Source: Phoronis australis
Lineage: Eukaryota; Animalia; Phoronida
DNA: 64,000 nt
Assembly: GCA_002633005.1 (NCBI GenBank)
Contig: NMRA01000017.1
Span: forward strand, 454,260-518,259
Direction of reading: 5' to 3'
Position 1 is the stretch's first letter; each line of letters begins with the position of its first letter. This document shows positions 50,403 to 64,000 of the stretch, piece after piece. The position numbers were made by a program, and so were the translations under genes. A model generated the notes under the pieces. It saw only the letters and a program-made list of their open reading frames with translations, was not told the origin of the DNA and searched no databases.

Positions 50403-53400
50403 ACTGTCTTACAGGCCAGTACATGTTGCTGGCCGATTCTATTGGTGAAATATTTTCGTCTTGACAGCCAATCGACGTCAGCGAATTCTTCTCATGAACC
50501 AAACCACTGTCCAGGATCTGAATGTATGCCACTCCTTCAGTCAAGCCATATAACCTGATCGCTCAACGAGTTATTTTCACTGTGCTGGAGTCAACCCGTG
50601 AAAGAGGTCACTCACCGGCGTTTTGTTTGCATTGCCATCAATTTGGGTAGGTGTAATATTACTGTGTTAATGCATTCAAGTTTTGTACGAAAGATGTACC
50701 CAGGTCATTGGATACGTAAAGGTATGTTTCTTGGAGCAATTGTTATTCAGAAGATATTACGTGACCTTATACGGATGGAAATTCATTGTTTCCAGTCACT
50801 GCAACAAACATTACAGTAGTGTCTGAGTCGTTTTTTGCACTGACAACGCTAACCGAAGTTAGACCGGCTCAAAGGTTCGGTTGAAAAATCAGGCGTGCAT
50901 CAGCAAAGCATTTGATCGTTCATGTACTATACCAGCGTTTGATAATGGCATCAAAGTATCCCTAAAATGTTTCATCACTGTGAATTTTTTTGGGTCGGTG
51001 AAGTGCATGGGACTTCGATTGGGAGTGGCTGCAATGTTTTTGGCTGTGATACAGCATGCGGTAAACCTCACCGTGCGGGTGTTTTGAGCAAGCTCTTCAC
51101 GATTATGTTGTAGTGCAGGTATAAATGCTACCCCACTATGGCTGTCTGTGAGTGCTTCCGTCGTTATGTTTGTGTTTTTGGATAGAGTCGGTTATAATCA
51201 GTGCCGAATTAACAACGTAGCATAAGTATGTTCGCGTTTTGGGGCCCGACGCTCTCTTTTTAGAGACACTAACACCGTAAACATATACTGATGTTTATAC
51301 GCTATGGAAGTACCCTCAGGTGATGCGAATACGATTTGGAAAGTTTGTGTTGTGGCCCTGCTATTTTCAATATGTGTGGGGTCAAGGGTGCGGGGCCTTC
51401 GTATGAGAGGCTCAAAGCTTCGGCGTGCACATAAAAACTCCGTGGGCCGCTGAAAGTGCACAGTCTCACCAAGGCGCCAGGCATGCCTTGTTTTTTTCTA
51501 ACCATCAGTCTTAAATTTACAGTTTGGGCTTTGAAAAAATACAGAACGGCGAAATTTGCAAAAAAGGGCCATGTGTATATGACAGAGATAGCATTCTATT
51601 TGGAACAAGCGGGGGCCCCCCTGATAAGCGGTGTGTTAATTATCCTGAAATCATCCATTGGACCAGCAGCTAGCGTTGCCATGCATGGACACGTTGCCTC
51701 ACTCATCGACCCGGCAACACAGGTCAGCCAAGACTTGCGTGGCTGAAGACGTACAACTAAAGCACGAGGTGGCCCAAATTTTCGATACCAATTAAGTAGG
51801 CCCTAGCTGTCGAAGTGCAAATCACAGCACAGCGTTAGGCTGTCACGAGACTCCATTCATGCTAAATAAAATGGCCCATCGTAGGATAGGCCCTTCGAAG
51901 TCAGTTCAGGTATGGTTCAATTGATACAGACAGCTCAGCCGAGTCGTCTGCTTCTTATCGTTTGCAATTGCCTTAAGTGCATGTTTTAAAACTGAGCTAT
52001 GTCTGCGTAGATCGAAACTGTCTCAATTGCCTTCCTCTTCAAAAGTGAAAATTACCACTATTTTGCTTTTTACTTTATATGAACATGTGAGTAGGGGCCC
52101 CTCGCTTCGACTTATACTATGGGCCCCGCCTAATCCGGTTCCGGTTATAACAGCTTATGACCTCACTTGAAATTAACCGGATTCTATTTGATGCTGGTGT
52201 GGCTTTTTCATGGAAACTCAGTCAACTATCCCCGGCGACCCCTGTATGGCAGATGCACGTGTTATTATTGCTGCTGATTGAAATCATTTTTTCTATATCC
52301 TGAAAGGTCTGAACCGATGTGATTAATTCGCTCAATGACCCCTTATCTCCGCCGTATCTAATGTTCTGACTCAAAAATACCAATTTGTATTTTCATGCTG
52401 GTGCCTCGCCAGTATCCGATATATTTTCATAACTTGAATATTGCCAGGTGTAACCGTCAGTCAACGTGCTCAAGTAAAAAATAGATTATTGCCCACTATC
52501 TTCATGAGTATCAATGAGCCATGACCTGTACACTCACGAACCGACAACCACTAATCTATAACGATAGATTAATTCATGATGGTGTACGATAGTTACAAAG
52601 ATTCGGAGTAAATAATGCGGAGCATAATGTGTCCTGTAGTTCATACGTCTGCTTCGCACTTTCAGTTGTTTTATATCATGAATATGCCTATATTCTTCAA
52701 TAGTTAAAACTCGTTTGGCCAAAATGCCGCCATTAGAAAACTGGTGCAGGGAGTTAGGTGAGTCAGTTTGCGTTCCGGCTTTTCAATGCCGTCAAATTTT
52801 GCAATGTAGGCAATGTGTTTTTTATAGTAATCATAACACGGATGCCGTGTCTTTTGTGTCCCATCTGGAGGCGCGTATCCTGTTTGGGCATTTCGTACTA
52901 AGTCAATGTTGTGTTCCTTTGAAAGTTTTCTATAGGTTAAAGGGATTGCACTAGGCCTACTTTTTCAATTTTCGTAAATATCAACAATAATGGTGTCGAA
53001 AACATTTTACACTAACCTCATGTTAGTTTTCTTAGAATGTTCCAAGATCCTAGAACAAGGTAAGTGTTAACATTTATTTCGGTTACTTTCCAAACAGAAA
53101 TTCAAGATGATAAATGCGATCTTGTTATGTAGGGAAAACGTCCGCTGCGCTGTTATGCCGACATTTGCAATTCCGGAGGATGACTCCATAGAGGAGGTAT
53201 ACGGGACGTGTCGCTCAGACTGATAATTGATTTTTTCACAACCGGTTTCTCTTCGAAAAGGGTCCTTTTTTACGAAATTCCGAGGAAAAGATGCCTTTTC
53301 CAATTTAATTCCCTACAAAGGGTTTGTTTAGTTCTGTGTTAAGATACGGTGTTTCTAGTGGTTCTCAAAATACGGGCAAGTTATATCAAACTATTGCATT

Positions 53401-53716
53401 TTTTCATTTAAAAATCCACAGAATGGATTTTTATTTTATTTACGTTTTAAATGTTTCGTAAAAAGATTTACCCATTTTTGACAGCATGGCATCTCTTCGT
53501 GTGCTGTTTCATATTAATGGGTTAAAAGGACAACCTTGTCCAAGAACCTGGCGAAAGGATTGCGTTCATGGAATTAATCCGGGATTCCCTGCAAAGTGTT
53601 TCTGGAGCACTATGACTTTTTCAAGGAAGTTCTGTACAAGTGGGTCGTTTTTGGAGCCCATTTTCTTAGTGGAAGTGTACCCTAATTTTCCTGGTGCACT
53701 CCCGCCATAATAAGAG

Positions 53717-56700
53717 TTACGTACCCCCGGAATGGCAGAATGGCCGCTAAAGGTAATTGAATGTCGTTGTGGATTTTACACTGCGCCGTACCGCTAATAG
53801 GTCGTGGACGGTGACGGGGTTTTATAAAAAAGGGTCAAAATTATCCGTACTTGTATCCCAAAGCTACGTGTATGTGGACTTCGCCATGTACATGCACAAA
53901 GGAACTTGGTTTTTGCGTTTAGCTAAAACGAAGACTGCCTCCCGTGACGTTTGCGTGTTACAAACCCAGCTAAGCGCAGATTCGTAGGTAAAAATAAGCT
54001 AGATATCCAAGAAATTGCAGTAGTCTTTCCATCGTATGATTAGCCCCCCAACAAAGTTTCTGCATGCTCAAACTGGCCATAGCCACTGCGTTAACCACGA
54101 TTTTAAAACATGTACGTATAGAATGTACCCTGTGGTTGTTTCTGTATACAGTAGCAAAACCTTGTGCATTTGTGCATGGGCGAATTTAAAAATCCAATTA
54201 AAATTTTTGCGTGTGATAAGTATTCAATTACACTGTATACATGCACGTCTTGTCCCGATTCCCCATGTAATCCCTAGGCGTTTAATTATACCCAACCTTT
54301 AGTTGAGCTATGTACTCAAGAAATGAAGATAACAAAGATAACCTCCTTTAATATTGAGATTTGGTGATATTTGCATGATATTTATAGCATTGTGAAAACA
54401 CTTTGTGGTAAGACCTCCAACACGACTTCGGGATTTAATTTAAAGCTTCTTCGACTCTCGTTGATGAATATTTCCCCGACGGGAAACATCTAGAAAACAT
54501 GTCGGCGTGTAGCTAGACTTTTTAGGCCAGATACACACTCACCTTTATAGGCTCGAATGCAAGTGGGTGTCAGACGATGTTGAAGCTCCGATGCTCGTGG
54601 TAATCACTTTCTGGGTTTGGTTGCAATGTAGATCCTCAGTAAAAGCGCCACGTAAATCTCTGTTCACTGATTACTGAATCCTTGTTTGGGCATATTTCTG
54701 GGGTGTTTTCCATAGCCTATAAGGTTTACGACTGTTTGGGAGATCAGGCCAAACTGGCGAGTGAAAGTCGACTGTTTCGCTAGTAAACTGTAAAGATTAC
54801 TAGCTTCGACTAGAAATTAAGAAAGATGTCACTGGCTGCAGTGAGCTCTCATTGCGTACACGTATTGGTCACTCATTGTAGGCTGAATAGATGATGTGAT
54901 TTTTGAACTTAGACTTTATCTGTATGGCAGGAACACGGGGGTGCGAATGTCTGGCAGGCAAAATCCTGGCTAATTCTCTACCCTGGTCCCCCCCAACTCA
55001 AAATCTTGGATCCGCCCCTGAAAACAAGCGTACGATTAACCAGGATGAAGGAGGCTACAACTGAAACCTTCCCGCGTTTATGACGTAGTTCTTCATACAG
55101 CGCCACCTACACTGAGGAAGGAGACAGAGACAATACCTATCGCTGGACCCCTACGGTGCCTAGCCAGCACGCTAGCTACTGACCACCTAAGGGCACGCAG
55201 GGAACCAGCGAGACAATAGCTAAGCCTCGAAAATTTCTGTCGGTCGTGGTCTAATCGTGCAGACATCCAGATGAGGCTTGTTAGTAAAAAACATAGTTTA
55301 TGAGAACGCCCTTTTGATTTACAACCGGACCAAAAAATCAAACTTACAACTCTTTTATAAAATTACGCATTTTCCTGGAAATAACAAAATAGTTGAATGT
55401 AGACTAACTCGTAAAGTTAAAACTTTGTAAAATGGCGTCTAAAGACTGAATTTCATGCCCACGAAATTGGAGAACATGAATGGATTAACGCAACATTAAT
55501 TAAGAATTTTCAAGGGTTCGGGATTTTGGGGTCACCCTGTACCTTGTAACTCCGAAAGGTTATTCACAATTTTGGTTTTAGTCATGTCAGTCATGTACGA
55601 AATTATAGTGTAATAACAAATATTTAGACGTCCGGGGATTAGTCATCATGAGTTGTGTCCCCTTGTGAAATATATAACGCTTGAGTCACACTCGGTTAAC
55701 GTCCCAAAACAGACAGCTATCGACTGCGTTCAGACATTATTATCAATCTATTCAACATATCGTTTAGTGTTTAAAAAACGATTAGAACTCGGTAGAGTAA
55801 TAAANNNNNNNNNNNNNNNNNNNNNNNNNNNNNNNNNNNNNNNNNNNNNNNNNNNNNNNNNNNNNNNNNNNNNNNNNNNNNNNNNNNNNNNNNNNNNNNN
55901 NNNNNNNNNNNNNNNNNNNNNNNNNNNNNNNNNNNNNNNNNNNNNNNNNNNNNNNNNNNNNNNNNNNNNNNNNNNNNNNNNNNNNNNNNNNNNNNNNNNN
56001 NNNNNNNNNNNNNNNNNNNNNNNNNNNNNNNNNNNNNNNNNNNNNNNNNNNNNNNNNNNNNNNNNNNNNNNNNNNNNNNNNNNNNNNNNNNNNNNNNNNN
56101 NNNNNNNNNNNNNNNNNNNNNNNNNNNNNNNNNNNNNNNNNNNNNNNNNNNNNNNNNNNNNNNNNNNNNNNNNNNNNNNNNNNNNNNNNNNNNNNNNNNN
56201 NNNNNNNNNNNNNNNNNNNNNNNNNNNNNNNNNNNNNNNTTACGTACCCCCGGAATGGCAGAATGGCCGCTAAAGGTAATTGAATGTCGTTGTGGATTTT
56301 ACAGTGGGCCGTACCGCTAATGGGTCGTGGACGGTGACGGGGTTTTATAAAAGGGGTCAAAATTATCCGTACTTGTATCCCAAAGCTAAGTGTACGTGGA
56401 CTTCGCCATGTACATGCACAAAGGAACTTGGTTTTTGCGTTAAGCTAAAACGAAGACTGCCTCCCGTGACGTTTGCGTGTTACAAACCCAGCTAAGCGCA
56501 AATTCGTAGCTAAAAATAAGCTAGATATCCAAGACATTGCAGTACTCTTTCCATCGTATGATTAGCCCCCCAACAAAGTTTCTGCATGCTCAAACTGGCC
56601 ATAGCCACTGCGTTAACCACGATTTTAAAACATGTACGTATAGAATGTACCCTGTGGCTGTTTCTGTATACTATAGGCAGTAGCAAAACCTTGTGCATTT

Positions 56701-58335
56701 GTGCATGGGCGAATTTAAAAATCCAATTAAAATTTTTGCGTGTGATAAGTTTTCAATTACACTGTATACATGCACGTCTTGTCCCGATTCCCCATGTAAT
56801 CCCTAGGCGTTTCATTATACCCAACCTTTAGTTGAGCTATGGACTCATGAAATGAAGATAACAAAGACAACCTCCTTTGATACTGAGATTTGGTGATATT
56901 TGCATGATATTTATAACATTGTATAAACACTCTGTGGTAAGACCTTCAACACGACTTCGTGATTTAAAGCTTCTTCGACTCTCGTTGATGAATATTTCCC
57001 CGACGGGAAACATCTAGAAAACATGTCGGCGTGTAGCTAGACTTTTTAGGCCCGATACACACTCGCCTTTATAGGCTCGAATGCAAGCGGGTGTCAGACG
57101 ATGCTGATGCTCCGATGCTCGTGGTAATCACTTTCTGGGTTTGGTTGCAATGTAGATCCTCATTAAAAGCGCCACGTAAATCTCTGTTCACTGATTACTG
57201 AATCCTTGGTTGGGCATATTTCTGGGGTGTTTTCCATAGCCTATAAGGTTTACGACTGTTTGGGAGATCAGGCCAAACTGGCGAGTGAAAGTCGACTGTT
57301 TCGCTAGTAAACTGTAAAGATTACTAGCTTCGACTAGAAATTAAGAAAAATGTCACTGGCTGCAGTGAGCTCTCATTGCGTACACGTATTGGTCACTCAT
57401 TGTAGGCTGAATAGATGATGTGATCTTTGAACTTAGACTTTATCTGTATGGCAGGAACACGGGGGTGCGAATGTCTGACAGGCAAAATCCTGGCTAATTC
57501 TCTACCCTGGTCCCCCCAACTCAAAATCTTGGATCCGCCCCTGAAAACAAGCGTACGATTAACCAGGATGAAGGAGGCTACACTTAAAACTTTTCCGCAT
57601 TTATGACGTAGTTCTTCATACAGCGCCACCTACACTGAGGAAGGAGGCAGAGACAATACCTCTCGCTGGTCCCCCACGGTGCTTAGCCAGCACGCTAGCT
57701 ACTGACCACCTAAGGGCACGCAGGGATTCAGGGAACCAGCGAGACAATAGGTAAGCCTCGAAAATTTCTGTTGGTCGTGGTCTAATCGTGCAGACATCCA
57801 GATGAGGCTTGTTAGTAAAAAACATAGTTTATGAGAACGCCCTTTTGATTTACAACCGGACCAAAAAATCAAACTTACAACTCTTTTATAAAATTACGCA
57901 TTTTCCTGGAAATAACAAAATAGTTGAATGTAGACTAACTCGTAAAGTTAAAACTTTGTAAAATGGCGTCTAAAGACTGAATTTCATGCCCACGAAATTG
58001 GAGAACATGAATGGATTAACGCAACATTAATTAAGAATTTTCAAGGGTTCGGGATTTTGGGGTCACCCTGTACCTTGTAACTCCGAAAGGTTATTCACAA
58101 TTTTGGTTTTAGTCATGTCAGTCATGTACGAAATTATAGTGTAATAACAAATATTTAGACGTCCGGGGATTAGTCATCATGAGTTGTGTCCCCTTGTGAA
58201 ATATATAACGCTTGAGTCACACTCGGTTAACGTCCCAAAACAGACAGCTATCGACTGCGTTCAGACATTATTATCAATCTATTCAACATATCGTTTAGTG
58301 TTTAAAAAACGATTAGAACTCGGTAGAGTAATAAA
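53717..58335. repeat. ~2.1-kb direct duplication flanking an N gap (53717-55804 and 56240-58335)
   Basis: Copy 1 ends and copy 2 begins exactly at the gap edges; scattered SNPs and indels. Confidence 0.92.
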
Positions 58336-59163
58336 CTGTGGTTTCGCAAAAGTACACGGCCGAGCACTCGCCTGGTTCCGTTTCCTGCAGACTGCAGACT
58401 TTTCCTCACGTAGCTGTTTCGGTTTAATCCGAGCGTCTCTGCATTCGCACGGTGTACAAAAAATTCAAGAATATTTCTGCATATCGGTTACGCTCAAGAT
58501 TTTGTGGCGTACCCTAGATAATAGAAGCCGTTGTTGCAGTGTGATAAATTGGACGGTTTCATGTTAAGCAACCTATCAAGGCTGTGAATATCTGACTGAA
58601 ATATCAAACTAGTTTGCCACGGGACGGAAATAAACCAGACTACCTCCTAAGAAGCTGTCTAGAAGACTGGTCTTTACTTTTGGAAAATGTAGAAACAGTA
58701 ATCATGGGCACGTACAATGCTTGGAATTTTGTGGTAAGGCTTGTTTTAAGATATAGAACTTCAAGTTTTGTTTGTCATGAGTATCAGAAAAACTTGATGT
58801 TTCAGGCCGTGTAAGACTACGTGCAAGGATACCATCGTAGCTGTATGAGCTGTGGCAATATTTAAACTGACAGTTTATGCAGACCTTGAAGCCAAACTGA
58901 CGCAACTGTAAACCAAAACTGTTGCAGCGAAAAAATATGACAGTTTATTCTTCGAGGTCTTGTACAGGCAATTTGAGTATTGCGACAGTTTTGTTGCGCG
59001 GTGAGTTTGTGCAGTTCGTATAGTTTGTGGCCTTATAGGCTCTCGTCACTTCAATCACCGTCTTTACTATAGTTCCACTGGTTTCTCACTGTCCCCGACA
59101 ACATAACAAAATAAAACCAGTGCCCGGTAATAAGAAAAAAGATGTACCAAGTTGGACTAGGAT

Positions 59164-59318
59164 CAGGGGCTGATCCAGGATTTTGAGTTGGGGGGGCAGG
59201 GCAGAGTATTAGCCAGGATTTTGCCTGTCAGACATTCGCATCCCCGTACTGCCAAATGGAATCTGGGAGAATTTAAGGGGACCATGGCCCCCTTGGCCCC
59301 CCTCTAAATCCGCCACTG
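59164..59318. mobile_element. Small hAT-type MITE (155 bp)
   Basis: caggggctgatccagg ... ctaaatccgccactg, with AGGAT repeated on both flanks; inverted partial copies at ~54930-55020 and ~57450-57543. Confidence 0.7.
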
Positions 59319-59499
59319 AGGATATCTTTGTTTGGAAAACCAGCCCCTTTTGCAGATCTAGTACCTGACAGCTGCCCTCTATCGGTCACAGACACAGGGA
59401 GTCAGTGTTTCTAAGGTTCGAATTGGTAGACTACACATGGATCTAATCTGCGGCATCGATCCAACGTATAATCAACGTTTGAAAATTTAACTTTATATA

Positions 59500-59737
59500 A
59501 AAACTACTTGCAGGCAGTCTGGTACACGTTATACCAGACCTGCGTAGGCTGCTCATCTGATCCCATTGGGTTGATCCCCTGAAACTATTTTGTGCTTTAT
59601 TTATTTACATGTATACAGTTAAAATCGAGCTGAGGAGCTAGAGACCTGACTCAAGGGTTTAGCAGTGTGCCCGAATGCGACTCGAACCCACGACCTTCAG
59701 TAAAGGAAGCAGACGCTTATCCTATCAGGCCACAGTG
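59500..59737 (-). mobile_element. tRNA-derived SINE
   Basis: Minus strand reads gtggcctgataggataagcg (A box) ... gggttcgagtcgc (B box), followed by ctaaacccttgag body. Confidence 0.65.
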
Positions 59738-59806
59738 TTTCCTCTTAAGAAATTTGACTTCATGAACACGTTCTTCAGACATTATTGACCTCTCTCGTTC
59801 CAGAAA

Positions 59807-59938
59807 ATGTCATCTGACGAGCAACTGGCGGGCTTCTTCAAAAAGGCAGACACTGACGGAAGTGGATTCTTGTCGAAGGAGGAGATTCGCGTTGTGCTTT
59901 CCGGGAATGGATATAATTTCAGCGATGCCGAAATGCAG
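59807..59938 (+). CDS. First coding exon of a calmodulin-like EF-hand protein (rest not found in window)
   Basis: Polypyrimidine-CAG acceptor, AAA ATG, MSSDEQLAGFFKKADTDGSGFLSKEEIRVVLSGNGYNFSDAEMQ, then CAG|GTGATC; canonical EF loop DTDGSGFLSKEE. Confidence 0.8.
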
Positions 59939-61270
59939 GTGATCTGGTTTATATAATTTAAGTGAGTGCGCGTGCGCAAACCGGCTGCCAAACAACTAGT
60001 GCGACTATTGCTTTGGGGCATGCATGTTTTTCAGAAGTATTAGTTTGTTGTTATTTTGTGTTTGTTATCAGAAATAGACTAGTTGTTTAAGTTCTGAAAC
60101 AGTTTCAGTTTTCCACGATAGCACTTTTTCTGGGCCAGCACAATCGTCTTAAACTCAATGTGTCTCCCCGGAAGCAGTGCTGTTTTGTACAATCTAGGAA
60201 TTGGCCGGTGTAGGCCCTGGAATATTCTACTATTTTTGACTGGATGCACACAAAAGTTGTGAATACCCAACTGCCCATTCGAGTTAAACTATTTAGAGCT
60301 TGTTTAAAAATGCCTCGAACGCGAAAAACAGACTAACTTGCATTATTCAAAGTGGTTCTCTGCCACTGAAACAGAACGTGTTCACCAGATTTTTTACGAT
60401 TTGCTTGTAAGAATTTTGAATTTCTGTTGATGTCAAAGCATTTTTCTTTTAGCTTCAAATTGCAAAAGAAACGTAGCACATTTCCCTTATATAGAAAATG
60501 GGCCACATCTATGTCTTGTGATACCAACTAAGTAGACATGCTTTGCCCTTATATGGAAAATGTGACCGTTGACATTTGATGTAAACAAAATAATGGCGAT
60601 TTTAAGCAGGAGCCCGATTAAGAGGCAATTGATGATTGAAATAAATTACAATAGTGTCGTAGTATTCAAAATGCAGTTGGAATTCTCTTTAGGAAATCTC
60701 ATGCTTCACTGGCTTGCCTCATCACTGTACTGTCGACCTCATATTCCGGCTGGGTGCGATCACACATGATAATCTGCGGTTATCTCCATCGTGTCAGTCA
60801 GCTGCTTGTCGAATGACTGTGAGCGCATGCGCGCATTTATCACAAGTTGGAGGAAGGTTAAAATCTATGTGGTGACTACATAGTTTTTCATTCGCGCGTA
60901 TTTCAAAAATCGTGAATTTTGTGATTTTTCGTGGAAATAACCTAACAGGGGAAAGTGAACAACCCTATAGTAAACGTCGCCAGGTGGCACTTTCGTCAGG
61001 AATTGTTTAAAAGATATTGTTGATGAGATTTCGCGTTCCATACCTCTTTACGGTACAATATAATCCATGAAATTTGATCTGGTGATGAAAGAGACAATCG
61101 ATTGTTAAATAGAAATTATCTGTGTACTTAAAGTCAGTAAAACTTCTGCAAACTTGTCGCAGCATAGGAGATCGAAGGAGTAAAATAATGAAATTATCAC
61201 ATGTTGAACTGTCAAAACGCAAAGGTATAATTTCTTGCGGAAGGGAGTCGTTGAACATTCAATCCTTTAA

Positions 61271-63311
61271 AGGAGAATGCCACCCGATTTAATGGGGCTA
61301 TTCGGAGAATTCTCCTCGCGGTGTCGCTGCTGTACTAGTGGTGATTAAATTGCGCATGCGTGGCTGTCTGCATGTAAACAACTGGTAAAAGATGGAATTT
61401 TTATCAAAATACGTCGTCGCGCTAAGCCTTATTACTGCTAATTTCCCTGGTGCAAGTCTTCGACAAGTGGCCACAAATTCCCAAAAGACCTAAGGTTACT
61501 ATATTCGTGGACAATTGCNCCCTTTTTACGCAATGTCAGATTCAGTTGGCACGGCTGCAAGCCATTTCACCATGTATTTAAAGGGCTCGCGAAATCGAGG
61601 CTGTTAATCTATCACCACTAGTACACGCACGCCCTCTAGTTATTGTAGATTTTCCGAATAGCCCCATTAGTCTTTTTTGCCGTCTTAATCGGTCTATATC
61701 CACATCGCCTCGCATAAGGTCGATCTTACCTTGCCAAGAGGTGTCGCGTTAACCTGTGAGGAAGGTGAGAAACGACGCTAGCGACGTCAGTGGTTCATAT
61801 GCAGAGTGAATGCCGTTATGATGCGGTGCATCGTTCCCGCTTGTCCGAACTAAGCAGCTGCGAGGAAAGCGGGTATGTTTTTTTTACTTCCTCGAGAGTC
61901 CGAAATGCTTAGGAAGTGGCTCATGGTAGTGAAGAATGAAAATAGCAAGTATGAGGCCGTGAATCATCTCCGTGTCTGTGGGCTGCAGACGTCGACAATG
62001 CCTAACGAATGCCGGCTTACCACATAACTCCATACGTTCCGTTCAGTGTCTGAGCTTGTTCACTGACGGCGCTCTCTAGTATTTCTTCATCACTGTATTC
62101 CTGTTCGAATTGATAGCCTGTAAAACTTAACGATCCACCTGCGAAGTCGGGACTGATGAGCGCTAGCTCGTCCAAGTCGGCCTGGGGATTTCGAGATGCC
62201 ATGTTGGCGTTTATTACTGAGCGTTATGTTTCAAAATGAATTATTCTCACCCTAACCAATACTTATATAAAACTGAAACAAAGCTTGTCTCATTAGATGC
62301 AAGTTGTAATGCATTTGGAGTGTTCGTGAGTGTAAATGATTTGAGAAGCCAGCAATGAATAAATCACTGCGTTACCGGCTTTAGGTGCAATAAAACTAAT
62401 TGACGGGACACCCAGGCCATGTGAGCACATGCTAATTTAGTGTTTGCTGGCAGAAACTGTTGTGAAACAACTGTTTCCATACCACTGCCAGGTGTTAGGG
62501 GAATCTTTATTTACATTTACATTACTCAAATAATGATTGTCAATTTATAACTTCTGCCCTGACGGTGCTGTGGCCAAAGCGGAACCTCAGTGAATTCGCA
62601 GCCCCCGACGAGTAAATAGATTTGCAGTTTCGTGGCTAATTCACCAACATAATCAGATGCAAATTACTTTGGCTCACTAGTATATTATTTTATTGAATGG
62701 AAGTTTAGTTTCCACTGAACTTTGGCTGGTTTATGTTTGTGATGTGTGATCAGTTTCCGAACCACTGGTGGGGATAACGGTCAATCCGACCGGCCGCGAC
62801 GGGCCTGATCGTGCTCCGAGCCACTGGCCAGGCTAACAAGCGTTTTGTGTTTAGAACTCAAAAAATCACAAGTCTAAACAACACAGATCTAGGTTCTCCA
62901 GTCTGTATCTCACGGACAATACTTCTAAATTATCAAGTCCGACCCCAAACTCCTGCTACGGACCTTATTGGCCCGGCTGCCGAACTTTGTAGGCTACGGT
63001 GGTGTCCAAATCCGTAAGAGCGAAATAAAACAACAAGTTTTTATAAGAATTCGGTGTGTTTTTAAGGGTTTTACATCGAAGTTCGATGATCTATTGGTGT
63101 TAAACGATGACTTCAAGCGATAAGCTGACACCAGTAACCTGTGTTGTGAACTGCTGAACAGATTGCGTTTGAAACCGATGGGGTCATTGGATAATTTCAA
63201 CACCTCCGACTGCCGTCAGGTGCCAGGTAACGCAACCGTACGTGTCGTTGTGGAGTTGAACTACTCGATCTAAATTGATACAAATTAGGTTTTTTTGGGT
63301 GGCATGCTTCT
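61271..63311. mobile_element. Non-autonomous Kolobok-like DNA transposon (~2.0 kb)
   Basis: TTAA on both flanks; TIRs aggagaatgccaccc / agaagcatgccaccc (13 of 15 match). THAP remnant at 61818-61990 (+). YQFE.EYSDEE ORF at 62017-62202 (-). Confidence 0.75.
61290..61669. mobile_element. Nested TIR element (ISL2EU/Harbinger-like MITE) with THAP-like remnant
   Basis: taatggggctattcgga / tccgaatagccccatta; inner inverted tgtactagtggtgat; internal PYYC*FPWCKSSTSGHKFPKD. Confidence 0.6.
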
Positions 63312-63399
63312 TTAATAATATTATAACATTCCAGCATAGACTTCTGAATTAGGAATTTCTGCTTTCGTGTCCTGTGCAATGCATGAAGAGGGTCCTTTT

Positions 63400-64000
63400 G
63401 TACAAGACTCCCGTGTTACATCGTTCGGAGCGTGATATATAGGATTAACTGTTCTATTGTCCTTCCTCAAAACCGATTAACATTTCTCTGAACAGTTTCA
63501 AACATCACTTCTGACATTTGTTGAACTACTTACTTTAACCTATGTACATTGGCACAAGGTTTCGATCGATCATTTCTCTGGACCTCATCAGGTGTTAGAA
63601 GAACGAGCATTTGTATGTGGTACATCTGAGAACGCAAAAACCTCCCACGTGCACGGTAAACCTAATATACAAACTAGGCATGCCAACGCGACCAATGGTA
63701 AGCAACATTGGTTCCCCTCGTCACCAACTAGATGGGTTCCCCGACAGCATAATATCCCCACTAGTTGACTCTTATGGGAAGAGCTCAAAACACTTCGCGG
63801 CAACATCAATCAACACTGAGATGTCGCGAGTGAATTCACATGCGTCCCTACTTCTGCTAGTGAGAGCAAAACTGCAGAATGACCAAACACTAGCTGAGAA
63901 CACAAATCTCTCAGGGAACCGACCGTCTTCGAAATGATACCATTCTGTGAAAAGAACACTAACTAGCAATTCCAAGTTCTACTCGCAGACCCAGGGTATG
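63400..64000 (+). mobile_element. Degenerate Penelope-like reverse transcriptase fragment
   Basis: IYKLGMPTRPMVSNIGSPRHQLDGFPDSIISPLV resembles the PLE RT motif KIHK...RPIVS..GSP...L..FLD..L.PLV; frames broken. Confidence 0.7.

Noticed and set aside
53717-58335. Real 2.1-kb segmental duplication
   Set aside because: Copy boundaries coincide exactly with the gap edges and the divergence looks allelic, so this is most likely an uncollapsed haplotype overlap.

Overview
AT-rich, intron-rich eukaryotic (animal, probably invertebrate) genomic DNA with three N gaps. The window holds two tandem minus-strand sialate O-acetylesterase (SIAE-family, SGNH-fold) genes with the same exon-phase structure. 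SIAE-A (ATG 10234) is conventional and runs off the left edge. SIAE-B (ATG 42729, stop 17146) carries 13 extra exons (35958 to 25325), all phase 0-0, that encode 11 complete 12-Cys granulin domains. They sit in the one phase-0 intron between the '[11 protein letters not shown]' and 'VLWNAMIHP' exons. Spliced by hand, this gives a ~1395-aa esterase with an 859-aa granulin array inside its catalytic domain, or a normal 536-aa SIAE if the cassette is skipped. This chimera is the main finding; its exact repeat number is uncertain because of an assembly join at 29325. The right third is mostly repeats (MITEs, tRNA-derived SINEs, a Kolobok-like element, Penelope fragments, a 2.1-kb duplication across a gap) plus one EF-hand exon that the ORF track misses. 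All gene models come from manual translation and splice-site reading; no transcript data or database searches were available.
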